Made by a program: the position numbers and the translations under genes. This document shows positions 1 through 8,208 of a stretch of 64,000 bases of DNA, one piece after another. The number at the start of each line of letters is the position of its first letter. The first letter of the stretch is position 1. Origin of the DNA: Herbaspirillum frisingense (GTDB lineage: Bacteria > Pseudomonadota > Gammaproteobacteria > Burkholderiales > Burkholderiaceae_D); NCBI GenBank assembly GCA_009914615.1, contig WNDX01000002.1, positions 18,533-82,532 of the forward strand, given 5' to 3'. The notes under the pieces are model-generated. The model did not search any database. It was not told the origin of the DNA and saw only the letters and a program-made list of their open reading frames with translations.

Positions 1-1
1 T

Positions 2-172
2 GTCTACGAGAGCGAACCCAAGCCGCCGCAGGAACTGATCGGGCTGTCCAATGTGGTGCTCACGCCGCACATCGCCGGCTGGTCGCCGGAGGCCATCGGC
101 GCCTCGGTGCGCCAGTTCCTGCGCAATTGCGAGGAGCATTTCGCCGCCGCCGAGCCGGTGGTACGGGCCTGA
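2..172 (+). CDS. D-isomer-specific 2-hydroxyacid dehydrogenase, C-terminal part (5'-truncated by window edge)
   Basis: Frame 2 reads VYESEPKPPQELIGLSNVVLTPHIAGWS...RA*; the (D)VYxxEP and LTPHIAG motifs are typical; TGA at 170-172. Confidence 0.85.
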   Translation, partial: VYESEPKPPQELIGLSNVVLTPHIAGWSPEAIGASVRQFLRNCEEHFAAAEPVVRA

Positions 173-345
173 GGCGAGTTTGTTTGCCATAGCGGGGCCG
201 ACTCGCGGATAATATCGGGCCGCGGTTGCCGGCTGTGCCTTGGGGCGCAGCCAGCGACCGGCCGCAAACGCGCACGGGGGCGCGCCGCGGCCGGATGCCG
301 TGCATTCCACCTATTGTCTATCGCCTACAGAGAGAGCCACGCACC

Positions 346-825
346 ATGGATCTGCCATCTCACCAACTCACCATGACGGTCTTGATGACGCCGGACATGG
401 CCAATTTCGCCGGCAACGTGCACGGGGGAACCATCCTCAAGCTGCTGGACCAGGTCGCCTATGCCTGCGGCAGCCGCTACGCCGGCCAATACGTGGTGAC
501 GCTCTCGGTCGATCAGGTCATGTTCCGCCAGCCCATCCACGTGGGCGAGCTGGTGACCTTCCTGGCCAGCGTCAACCATACCGGCACCTCGTCGATGGAA
601 ATCGGTGTCAAGGTGGTGGCCGAGAACATCCGCACCCAGGCCACGCGCCACGTGAATAGTTGCTTCTTCACCATGGTGGCGGTGGACGACCAGCGCAAGC
701 CGATCCCGGTGCCGCCGCTGCGCCCGTTCTCGCAGGAAGAAAAGCGCCGCTTCGAAGCGGCTATCATCCGCAAGTCGCTGCGCCAGGAGCTGGCGCGCCG
801 CTACGAGGAAGTCAAGCCGAGCTGA
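346..825 (+). CDS. Acyl-CoA thioesterase (hotdog fold, YciA-like)
   Basis: MANFAGNVHGGTILKLLDQVAY motif; ATG at 346 after a purine-rich gagag. Confidence 0.9.
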   Translation: MDLPSHQLTMTVLMTPDMANFAGNVHGGTILKLLDQVAYACGSRYAGQYVVTLSVDQVMFRQPIHVGELVTFLASVNHTGTSSMEIGVKVVAENIRTQATRHVNSCFFTMVAVDDQRKPIPVPPLRPFSQEEKRRFEAAIIRKSLRQELARRYEEVKPS

Positions 826-842
826 GGCCGGTCGCACCCATG

Positions 843-870
843 AAAAAGGGATGGCATGCCATCCCTTTTT
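843..870. terminator. Bidirectional intrinsic terminator
   Basis: Perfect palindrome AAAAAGGGATGGCATGCCATCCCTTTTT between convergent genes. Confidence 0.85.
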
Positions 871-889
871 TCTTGCCCGCGCGATCGTC

Positions 890-1678
890 TCAACTGAGAT
901 GCACCGTCACCGTGCCCAGTACGCCCAGATCGGCCAGCACGGTCTGGCCGGCGCGCACCGCCAGCGGAATGATGGTGGAGCCGGTCGCCACGATATGGCC
1001 GTCGCCCAGCGTCAGGCCATGCTGCGACAATTCGTTGGCCAGCCAGGTCAGGGCGATGCGCGGATCGCCCAGCACCTGGGCGCCGCTGCCGTCGCGCTGC
1101 TCGCCGCCGTTGATGCGACCGAAGGTTTGCAGGGTGGCCAGGTCGAGCGTGCGCCAGTCCACGCTGGCTGGCGCGCCCAGCACGAACTGGTCGGCGCAGG
1201 TATTGTCGGCGATCAGTTGGGCGGCGCCGACCTGCTTGAAGTTGTCGTAGCGGGTATCGGGGATCTCGATGGCGGGGTGCACCGATGCGACCGCGTCCAT
1301 CACTTCATCCCGGGAATAAGGCGTGGCGCGCGGCGGCAGGCTCTTGCCCATGCGGAAGGCCACTTCCACCTCGATCACGCTCATCAGGCTGTCGCCCAGG
1401 AACACGGTGGCGCCGTTGCGGTGCACGCGCTCGGCCAGAAGGCGCCCGGCCAGCGGCGCATCGACGTTGAGCAACTGCTGGCTGCCGGGACCCGTGGCGC
1501 CGATCTTCCAGCCGGCCAGTTGCGCGAAACTGCGCGCTTCCAGGCGACCCTGGATGTCATAGGCTTCCTGGCGGTCGGACGGGCGCAGTTCTTCGGGTAA
1601 CTGCGGGATGCGGCGGCCGTGGGCCCAGCAATCCCACAGCAGGTCGGCGGCCTGTTGGCGTTGCGATTCGGTCAGCAC
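890..1678 (-). CDS. 2-keto-4-pentenoate hydratase-like protein (FAH superfamily, MhpD-like)
   Basis: WKIGAT, EVEVAF, PAIEIPDTRY, LIADN and ATGS motifs; 262 aa. Confidence 0.85.
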   Translation of the reverse strand: MLTESQRQQAADLLWDCWAHGRRIPQLPEELRPSDRQEAYDIQGRLEARSFAQLAGWKIGATGPGSQQLLNVDAPLAGRLLAERVHRNGATVFLGDSLMSVIEVEVAFRMGKSLPPRATPYSRDEVMDAVASVHPAIEIPDTRYDNFKQVGAAQLIADNTCADQFVLGAPASVDWRTLDLATLQTFGRINGGEQRDGSGAQVLGDPRIALTWLANELSQHGLTLGDGHIVATGSTIIPLAVRAGQTVLADLGVLGTVTVHLS

Positions 1679-1830
1679 TTGCGTTTCCCCTTTTATTGTC
1701 GGACGTGGGCGCCGGCGTCTCGGTGCTTGCGCGCCGGCATTGCGCCATCATAGTCAAATTCGCGCAGGGTGCGGGCATCCGGAGTGGAAAAGCGACAATG
1801 GTGGCGCCGCATCAGGCCGCATCAGGCCGG

Positions 1831-2280
1831 TCACGCCATCATGGGGCCCAGCGCGCCGATGGCGATGGTGAGCAGGCCCAGGCACAGGTTGACGCTGACC
1901 AGCATGCGGATCTGGCCCAGGGCGCGCGAAGCGCGATCCCAGTCCTGCTGGGCGGATGCCAGCTTGAGACGGCGGAAGGGGGCGAAGAAGATATGGCCGA
2001 AGATCAGCATCATCACCACGCCGATCCCGGTCATCGCATGCACGTAGGGCGGCGCATGGCCGGCGCCCATCAGCGCCATCATGTGCAGGCCGCTGCCCAG
2101 CACCAGCGCAATGGCGATCCATACCCAGATGAAGAAGCCGCCCAGCACCGCAGCCATCAGCACCAGCCGCTGCGGCGGTTGCAGCACCGCCAGCGCCGGG
2201 CGCAAGGCCATGTGGGCGAAGAACATGCCGCCGACCCAGATCGTCAGGCCGAGCAGGTGAAAGAATTTGGCAACCAGCAT
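1831..2280 (-). CDS. Small 4-TM membrane protein (CopD-like/DUF2269-like)
   Basis: FHLLGLTIWVGGMFFAH motif and four hydrophobic segments; ATG at 2280. Confidence 0.75.
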   Translation of the reverse strand: MLVAKFFHLLGLTIWVGGMFFAHMALRPALAVLQPPQRLVLMAAVLGGFFIWVWIAIALVLGSGLHMMALMGAGHAPPYVHAMTGIGVVMMLIFGHIFFAPFRRLKLASAQQDWDRASRALGQIRMLVSVNLCLGLLTIAIGALGPMMA

Positions 2281-2481
2281 TTCACTCCCGTCAGGTAAGA
2301 ATTCCGCTAAGGATGATGTGCGCATTGTCGCATGGCGATGCGGGATGTGCCTCCAGGGGAAAGGAAACGGCGGCGCTTGTGGTAAGGTCATGTCGAAACA
2401 CGCATGCCGCGCGCGTCGCATTCCGTCATCTCCGGCCATCATCCGGAAAGTCGCCGCGGCCAGAATAAATCAGGCAGGGAC

Positions 2482-3336
2482 ATGGCAACACTGAGCGCAA
2501 TCACGATCTATCCCATCAAATCCTGTGGCGGCATCGCCCTGGAGCAGGCCGGCATCGGCCCGCTCGGGCTGGCGCTGGATCGCCACTGGATGGTGGTGGA
2601 CCACGAGGGCCAGTTTCTCACGCAGCGCAGCCACCCTGGCATGGCGTGCATCGCGCCGCGTTTCGAGGGCGACGAGATGGTGCTGTCGGCGCCCGGCATG
2701 GAGAAATTGCGCCTGGCCGCCGGCGGCGAAGACGGCGCCGCGGTCCAGGTACAGGTGTGGCGCTCGCGGCTGGAGGCCCTGGATCAGGGCGAGCGCGCAC
2801 GCCGCTGGTTCTCGGATTATCTGCACGCCGATGCCCGGCTGGTGCGTTTCAGCCCCGCCGCGGAGCGCCTGAGCAACCAGAAATGGACCGGCGACTACCG
2901 CGCGCCGACGCAGTTTTCCGACGGCTATCCGCTGCTGGTGATCGGCCAGGCTTCGCTGGACGACCTCAATGCACGGTTGGCCGCCAAGGGCGCGCCGGCG
3001 TTGCCGATGGGGCGCTTCCGGCCGAATCTGGTGATTGATGGCCTGGACGCCTATGAAGAGGACTACGTCGATACCCTCACGCTGGGCGAGGGCGACGGCG
3101 TGATCGAACTGAAGCTGGTCAAGCCCTGCGCCCGCTGTCCGGTGCCGGGCATCGACCAGCAGACTGGCCTGCGCGATCCGCAGTGGCCGGACGAGCCGCT
3201 GGATACGCTGGCCACCTACCGCGCCAATCCGCGCGTGGACGGCGGCCTGACTTTCGGCCAGAACGCCATCGTCATCGGCGGCGTGGGCGGCGTGATCCGT
3301 GTCGGCCAGGAGTGCGCCTGGGAATTGAATTTTTGA
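2482..3336 (+). CDS. MOSC-domain molybdenum-cofactor protein (YcbX/mARC-like, no fused ferredoxin)
   Basis: IYPIKSC, DRHWMVVD, FSDGYPLL, RFRPNLVI and KPCARC motifs. Confidence 0.9.
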   Translation: MATLSAITIYPIKSCGGIALEQAGIGPLGLALDRHWMVVDHEGQFLTQRSHPGMACIAPRFEGDEMVLSAPGMEKLRLAAGGEDGAAVQVQVWRSRLEALDQGERARRWFSDYLHADARLVRFSPAAERLSNQKWTGDYRAPTQFSDGYPLLVIGQASLDDLNARLAAKGAPALPMGRFRPNLVIDGLDAYEEDYVDTLTLGEGDGVIELKLVKPCARCPVPGIDQQTGLRDPQWPDEPLDTLATYRANPRVDGGLTFGQNAIVIGGVGGVIRVGQECAWELNF

Positions 3337-3498
3337 CGACGACCGGGCGGCTTTCCGGCCGGCCTGGCGCGAAACCTGCTAGCCATGCGTCTCGTCCGTG
3401 GATCAGGCTCCAACGGGAGCGGGAAGGGACGATCAGGGATACATCCCGCTCCGCGCGTGCGGACAAAGGATGAAAACGGGAAGGGATGGGCAGGGCAC

Positions 3499-4647
3499 AT
3501 GCGTAACAGAATTCTGCTCGGCGCCGCCATGCTGTGGGCGTCGCTGGGCATGCAGTGCGGCGCGGCGCAAGCCGAGCCGCGCACCGTGACGATCGGCCTG
3601 GCGGCGCCCATGAGCGGCCCGTCCGGGAGCACCGGCATCAGCCTGGAGCGCGCCGCGCAACTGGCGATCGACGATCTCAATGAAGGCCATCCGGTCATCG
3701 GCGGCGAGCCGGTGAGATTCAAGCTGCTGCCGCAGGACGACCGCGCCGATCCGCGCACCGGCCAGTTGATCGCGGAATACTTCGTCAAGAGCAAGGTGGC
3801 GGCGGTGGTCGGTCACTGGAACAGCGGCGTCGGCATCCCGGCGTCGAAGATCTATGCCGCCGCCGGCATCCCGAACGTGTCGCCGGCGGTCACCGCGCCG
3901 GCCTATACGCAACAGGGCTACGCGACGGCGTTCCGCATCGTGCCGCATGACGGCGATGGCGCCCGCCATACCGCCGAATACGTGCTGCAGGAGATGAAGG
4001 CGAAGAACATCGTCATCATCGACGACCGCACCGTGTTCGGCGCCGCCTATGCCGCCGAATTCGAAAAGTCGGTGACCGCGCAAAAAGGCAAGGTCGCGGC
4101 GCATTACACGGTCAGCAGCAAGACCTCGGACTTCAACAGCATCCTGCGCTCGGCGCGCAACCTCGATCCCGACGTGGTGTTCTTCGCCGGCATCGACGCC
4201 CAGGCGGCGCAACTGGCCAACGACATCCGTCGCCTGCAGATCAAGGCGCCGCTGGTGGGCATCGGCGGCCTGGTCGGGCCGACCTTCCTGACGCTGGCCG
4301 GGCCGGCGGGCGAGGGCACCATCGTGGTGGAGCCGGGCCTGCCGTCCTACAAGGGCCCCCAATGGAGCCGCTTCGAAAGCGCCTGGAAGGCCAAGTACAA
4401 GGATGAGATCTATCTCTACGCGCCGTTCGCCTACGACGCCGTGCGCACCATCGCCGCCGCCATGCGTGAAGCCAATTCGACCGACAACGCCAAAGTCACT
4501 GCGGAACTGCACAAGATCCGTTATCGCGGCATCATCGGCAATATTGCCTTCGATAAGGACGGCAATCTGCGCGATCCGGTGTTCACCTTGTATGAGGTGA
4601 AGAACGGTCGCTGGCGCGTGATCAAGACCATCGGCGAAAAGAACTGA
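3499..4647 (+). CDS. Branched-chain amino acid ABC substrate-binding protein (LivK/LivJ family), no permease nearby
   Basis: Signal peptide, IGLAAPMSG, DDRADP, GHWNSG, IIDDRTVFG and YAPFAYDA motifs. Confidence 0.9.
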   Translation: MRNRILLGAAMLWASLGMQCGAAQAEPRTVTIGLAAPMSGPSGSTGISLERAAQLAIDDLNEGHPVIGGEPVRFKLLPQDDRADPRTGQLIAEYFVKSKVAAVVGHWNSGVGIPASKIYAAAGIPNVSPAVTAPAYTQQGYATAFRIVPHDGDGARHTAEYVLQEMKAKNIVIIDDRTVFGAAYAAEFEKSVTAQKGKVAAHYTVSSKTSDFNSILRSARNLDPDVVFFAGIDAQAAQLANDIRRLQIKAPLVGIGGLVGPTFLTLAGPAGEGTIVVEPGLPSYKGPQWSRFESAWKAKYKDEIYLYAPFAYDAVRTIAAAMREANSTDNAKVTAELHKIRYRGIIGNIAFDKDGNLRDPVFTLYEVKNGRWRVIKTIGEKN

Positions 4648-4710
4648 AGGTGCGGGCAGGCTGCTTCCGGCAGATGGCGCCGGTAGTTGGCAACCAGCAG
4701 ACGCCGCAAT

Positions 4711-4743
4711 AAAAAACGCACCGTCGTGACGGTGCGTTTTTTT
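4711..4743. terminator. Bidirectional intrinsic terminator
   Basis: aaaaaacgcaccgtc-gt-gacggtgcgttttttt between convergent genes. Confidence 0.9.
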
Positions 4744-4778
4744 CAGGCAGGCCGGACGTTTGTACGGCGTGGCCGGAT

Positions 4779-5279
4779 TTACTTCTTGGGACGGCCGACC
4801 TTCAACGGGGTCAGGCCGCCGAGGATGTCCTTCAGTTCCGCGATCTTCAGGTTCTTGATCAGCGACACGCCGATGCGCAGCAGATCGCTCTTCTTGATCT
4901 CGACGCCGGCCTTCAGGCAGGACTTCTTGACCTGCGCCAGCACCGCGTATTCGTTCTCGGGCATGGTGAAGCTGTCGCGCACTTGCTTGACCTTCTTCGG
5001 CTTGGCCGCTTTCTTTTCGGCCTTGCTCAGCACGGCGGGCTTGTCAGCCGGCTTGACGGCGGGCGCCACGGGCTTCTTCGGGGCCGGCGCTGCAGCCTTG
5101 GGGGCGGGTGCGGCGGCCTTGGCCGCCGGAGCGACTGCCTTCGGTGCAGCCTTCACTGCGGGACGGGAAGCGGGCTTGACGGCCGGCTTCTTGACGACGG
5201 CCTTGGCGGCAGCGGGGGCAGCCTTGGCGACGGGTTTTTTCTTTGCGGTTGTTGCTGCGGTTTGAACTCTGGTTGCCAT
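4779..5279 (-). CDS. Histone-H1-like Ala/Lys/Pro-rich protein with a compact C-terminal domain
   Basis: Strong RBS GAGGAGG; about 105 aa of AKP/PAKK-like repeats followed by VRDSFTMPENEYAVL...KKSDLLRIG. Confidence 0.8.
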   Translation of the reverse strand: MATRVQTAATTAKKKPVAKAAPAAAKAVVKKPAVKPASRPAVKAAPKAVAPAAKAAAPAPKAAAPAPKKPVAPAVKPADKPAVLSKAEKKAAKPKKVKQVRDSFTMPENEYAVLAQVKKSCLKAGVEIKKSDLLRIGVSLIKNLKIAELKDILGGLTPLKVGRPKK

Positions 5280-5303
5280 GAACCCTCCTCTGAAAATCAA
5301 TAT

Positions 5304-5321
5304 AAACAATATATATTGTTT
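5304..5321. promoter_or_regulatory. Perfect 18-bp palindrome over the -10 box (candidate repressor operator)
   Basis: AAACAATATATATTGTTT is its own reverse complement. Confidence 0.55.
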
Positions 5322-5336
5322 GATCTGCTGCGGCAA
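5308..5336 (-). promoter_or_regulatory. Sigma70-type promoter of the histone-like gene
   Basis: Minus strand TTGCCG (5336-5331)-N17-TATATT (5313-5308). Confidence 0.6.
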
Positions 5337-5350
5337 TCAGCCGAGCAAAG

Positions 5351-5366
5351 TGTGAACGATTTCACA
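5351..5366. promoter_or_regulatory. CRP-consensus site (Crp/Fnr family)
   Basis: TGTGA-ACGATT-TCACA is an exact TGTGA-N6-TCACA with A/T-rich flanks. Confidence 0.6.
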
Positions 5367-5651
5367 ATATCTTGTTGGCGTTGCAAACGTTTACACGCGT
5401 CCATATCGTGCCAAAAAAAGACACTGTGATGCACAACGCGAGACCGGCGGCCAGCCGGACCCAGGGAAAGCGGCGGCGTCGATGGGCTGACGCGAGAGGT
5501 CATCCAAGTTCATGGCGGCGATCCTAGCAAGCCCAAGTTAAAGCTCTGTGACAATGCGGGAAAACAATTTATACGGCGCGGGGAAGGGCGGTGCGGAGCA
5601 TCGGGGAAATGCCAGGGAAACGGCAAACGCCGCAACCAGGCGGGCAGGAAA

Positions 5652-5688
5652 TAAAAAAAGCAGTCCTGCCGCGAACGGCCGGACTGCT
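5652..5688 (-). terminator. Intrinsic terminator of galU
   Basis: Minus strand AGCAGTCC...GGACTGCT stem followed by TTTTTTTA. Confidence 0.75.
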
Positions 5689-5716
5689 GTCAACAACATC
5701 GGTCTCTACTGGGGAC

Positions 5717-6748
5717 TTACATGAAACTGCGGGTTGCTGCTGGCTTGTTTTCGGTGGATTGCGGCAGCGCGGTGCGGCGCTGCGCGGTATCGAATTCCTT
5801 GACTTCGGCCGACTTCAGGTTGCCCATGGCCGCGGCTACCTTCAATTGAGCGGCTTGCTGCAAATCGTGGTCGGCCTTGAAATCGCGCAGGAAATGCGCG
5901 AAGTTGCTGCCGACTTCGCTGTGCTTGATGCCCATCGCGACCGCGGCCTTCAGGTAGCCCAGCTTGGAGCCGCAATCGAAGCGCTGGCCCTCGTAGCGGT
6001 AAGCCAGGATCTGTTCCTCGGCCAGCAGGGCCGAGATGGCATCGGTCAGCTGGATCTCGCCGCCAGCGCCGGTGCCGATGTTTTCCAGGCGTTCGAAGAT
6101 TGCCGGCGTCAGCACATAGCGGCCGACCACGGCCAGGGTGGAGGGGGCGACTTCCGGTGCCGGCTTTTCGACGATGCCGCTGACCAGTTCCAGGCGGTCG
6201 GCGTATTCGCTGCCGCTGACGATGCCGTACTGACGGGTATCCAGGCGCGGCACGTCTTGCACGGCCAGCAGGCTCTTGCCTTCGCGTTCGAACATCTCGG
6301 TCATCTGCGCCATGACGTTCTTCTGGCCGGCCTCGACGTCCATGAAGTCGTCGGCCAGTAGCACGGCGAAGGGCTCGTCGCCCACCAGCGGCTTGGCCAG
6401 CAGCACGGCGTGGCCCAGGCCCAGCGGTTCAGCCTGGCGCACGTAGACGCAATTGATATGTTTGGGGATCACGTTCTGGACGGTTTCCAGCAGCTTTACC
6501 TTGCCGGCGGCTTCCAGTTCGCTTTCCAGTTCGTACGCCTTGTCGAAGTGGTCTTCGATGGCACGCTTATTGCGGCCGGTGATGAAGATCATTTCGGTGA
6601 TGCCGGCGGCAACGGCTTCCTCGACCGCATACTGGATCAGCGGCTTGTCGACGATGGGCAGCATTTCCTTGGGTTGCGCCTTGGTGGCGGGCAGGAAACG
6701 GCTGCCCAGACCGGCGACGGGAAAGACTGCTTTGGTGATTTTTTTCAT
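5717..6748 (-). CDS. galU: UTP-glucose-1-phosphate uridylyltransferase, with a C-terminal extension
   Basis: [48 protein letters not shown] and [10 protein letters not shown] motifs. Confidence 0.97.
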   Translation of the reverse strand: MKKITKAVFPVAGLGSRFLPATKAQPKEMLPIVDKPLIQYAVEEAVAAGITEMIFITGRNKRAIEDHFDKAYELESELEAAGKVKLLETVQNVIPKHINCVYVRQAEPLGLGHAVLLAKPLVGDEPFAVLLADDFMDVEAGQKNVMAQMTEMFEREGKSLLAVQDVPRLDTRQYGIVSGSEYADRLELVSGIVEKPAPEVAPSTLAVVGRYVLTPAIFERLENIGTGAGGEIQLTDAISALLAEEQILAYRYEGQRFDCGSKLGYLKAAVAMGIKHSEVGSNFAHFLRDFKADHDLQQAAQLKVAAAMGNLKSAEVKEFDTAQRRTALPQSTENKPAATRSFM

Positions 6749-6833
6749 GGTAGGCCCAGGTAGAGTTAGTTAAAGGACGTGGCATCCTCGCCCATTTATT
6801 TCACAGGATCCGTGGCGCATGCAGGTGCGCACT

Positions 6834-7250
6834 TCAGGCCTGCTTCTTGTTCTTGATCATCTTCAGTTGCAGGAAAGCCAGGCAGCCATGGAACAGCGGC
6901 GCCGCGCCGGGAAAGGCATGGCTCAGGAAGCCGGCGGCGGTGTCCAGCGTGGCGCCGTTGCCCAGCACCCGGCGGCGCAGCGCGCCTTGCGGCGGTTCGT
7001 CGAATTCGACGCGGGCCGTGGCGCAACCTTCATTGAGCTGATCCAGCACCGACGCCAGCTGCGGCGCCTTATCCGAGATCTGGCGCATCAGTTGCGCCGA
7101 TTCGCGGACGTACTGCGCATATTGCTGGCCGAAGTCCTCGCCGGCAGCGCGTGCCGTCCCGTCTTCGTCGCGGCCGGCGCCGAACGAGAGCAGGGCAAAG
7201 CTGTTGGCGAAGGGCTGTGGCTGGTCCAGGCAAGTGTCGGTGGTGTGCAT
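6834..7250 (-). CDS. Hypothetical protein (138 aa)
   Basis: ORF with plausible codon usage directly upstream of galU on the same strand; no motif recognised. Confidence 0.55.
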   Translation of the reverse strand: MHTTDTCLDQPQPFANSFALLSFGAGRDEDGTARAAGEDFGQQYAQYVRESAQLMRQISDKAPQLASVLDQLNEGCATARVEFDEPPQGALRRRVLGNGATLDTAAGFLSHAFPGAAPLFHGCLAFLQLKMIKNKKQA

Positions 7251-7663
7251 GGCGTCGTGGCTTTCGTGTCTGCTGTTATGGCGGCGCTATCGCCGCAGTT
7301 GTTGTTGTGTGCGGACCGCGGTGTGCTTCCAATCCCGCTATTCCGATTTGACGCTAGCTTAAGAACTGCGGCGCTTGCCATCTATAGGAATGCCGCCTTT
7401 TGATGTGTAGGAAAACAGGAAAGAATCGGGAAAGACGTTGCGCGCCATATTGCCAGCGCCTCGCCGGCCGGTCGGCCGATGCGTGAAGCCCTTGTGCGGT
7501 GCGGTCGCAGGGCTTGTCCTACAAGGGAATGGGCCGCCGTCCGATAGCTGAAGGGCAGCGCGCTTCCTAACATTGCTTCAGCTGTCGTCGCCCTGCGCGA
7601 GACAGACCGAGAAAGACCGAGAACGGGAAGGATCCCATCCACATCGATACGAAAAGGAACATC

Positions 7664-7918
7664 ATGGAACACGGACTCATTGCATGGCTCATCATCGGCG
7701 CAGTGGCAGGTTGGCTGGCCGGCGTACTGGTGAAGGGCGGCGGCTTCGGCTTGCTGGCCGACATCCTGATCGGCATCGTCGGCGCGGTGATCGGCGGCTG
7801 GCTGGCCGGCCTGCTGGGCATCGCCGTCGGCGGCGGCATCCTGGCCTCGATCCTGACGGCGACGCTGGGAGCGATCGTGCTCCTGGTCATTGTGCGAGCC
7901 TTCACCCGGCGCGCCTGA
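7664..7918 (+). CDS. GlsB/YeaQ/YmgE-family stress-response membrane protein
   Basis: LIAWLIIGAVAGWLAG...ILIGIVGAVIGGWL motif; RBS aaagga. Confidence 0.92.
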   Translation: MEHGLIAWLIIGAVAGWLAGVLVKGGGFGLLADILIGIVGAVIGGWLAGLLGIAVGGGILASILTATLGAIVLLVIVRAFTRRA

Positions 7919-7970
7919 CGTTTACCCATGCCAGACGGGCGGCGTGCGTTAAATGCGCATGCTGCCCACG

Positions 7971-8003
7971 ATGCGCCCGCGGCCATTGCCCGGGCGCATT
8001 TTT
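7971..8003 (+). terminator. Intrinsic terminator
   Basis: atgcgcccg/cgggcgcat stem followed by a T-run. Confidence 0.6.
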
Positions 8004-8208
8004 CGTCCCCGCTTCCTTCCCTTGCGACAAGCTGATCCAGGACAATCAGGGCATGAAGATTGCATGACATGCATCCCAAGCGGTGTGGCTGCCGTTACAA
8101 TGCCCGCCAAAACGCCCCGGAAAGATTCGCGCTCCGCAGCATGAACGTTGAGCTTGACCGGCTTGTCAAAGCGCTAGTCCTGTTTCCATCCATCAAGAAA
8201 AAACACCT

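Noticed and set aside
5391-5513. 40-aa minus-strand ORF (MNLDDLSRQPIDAAAFPG...) upstream of the histone-like gene
   Set aside because: Only a weak AGGA RBS, and its 3' half runs into A/T-rich promoter-like DNA; not enough support.
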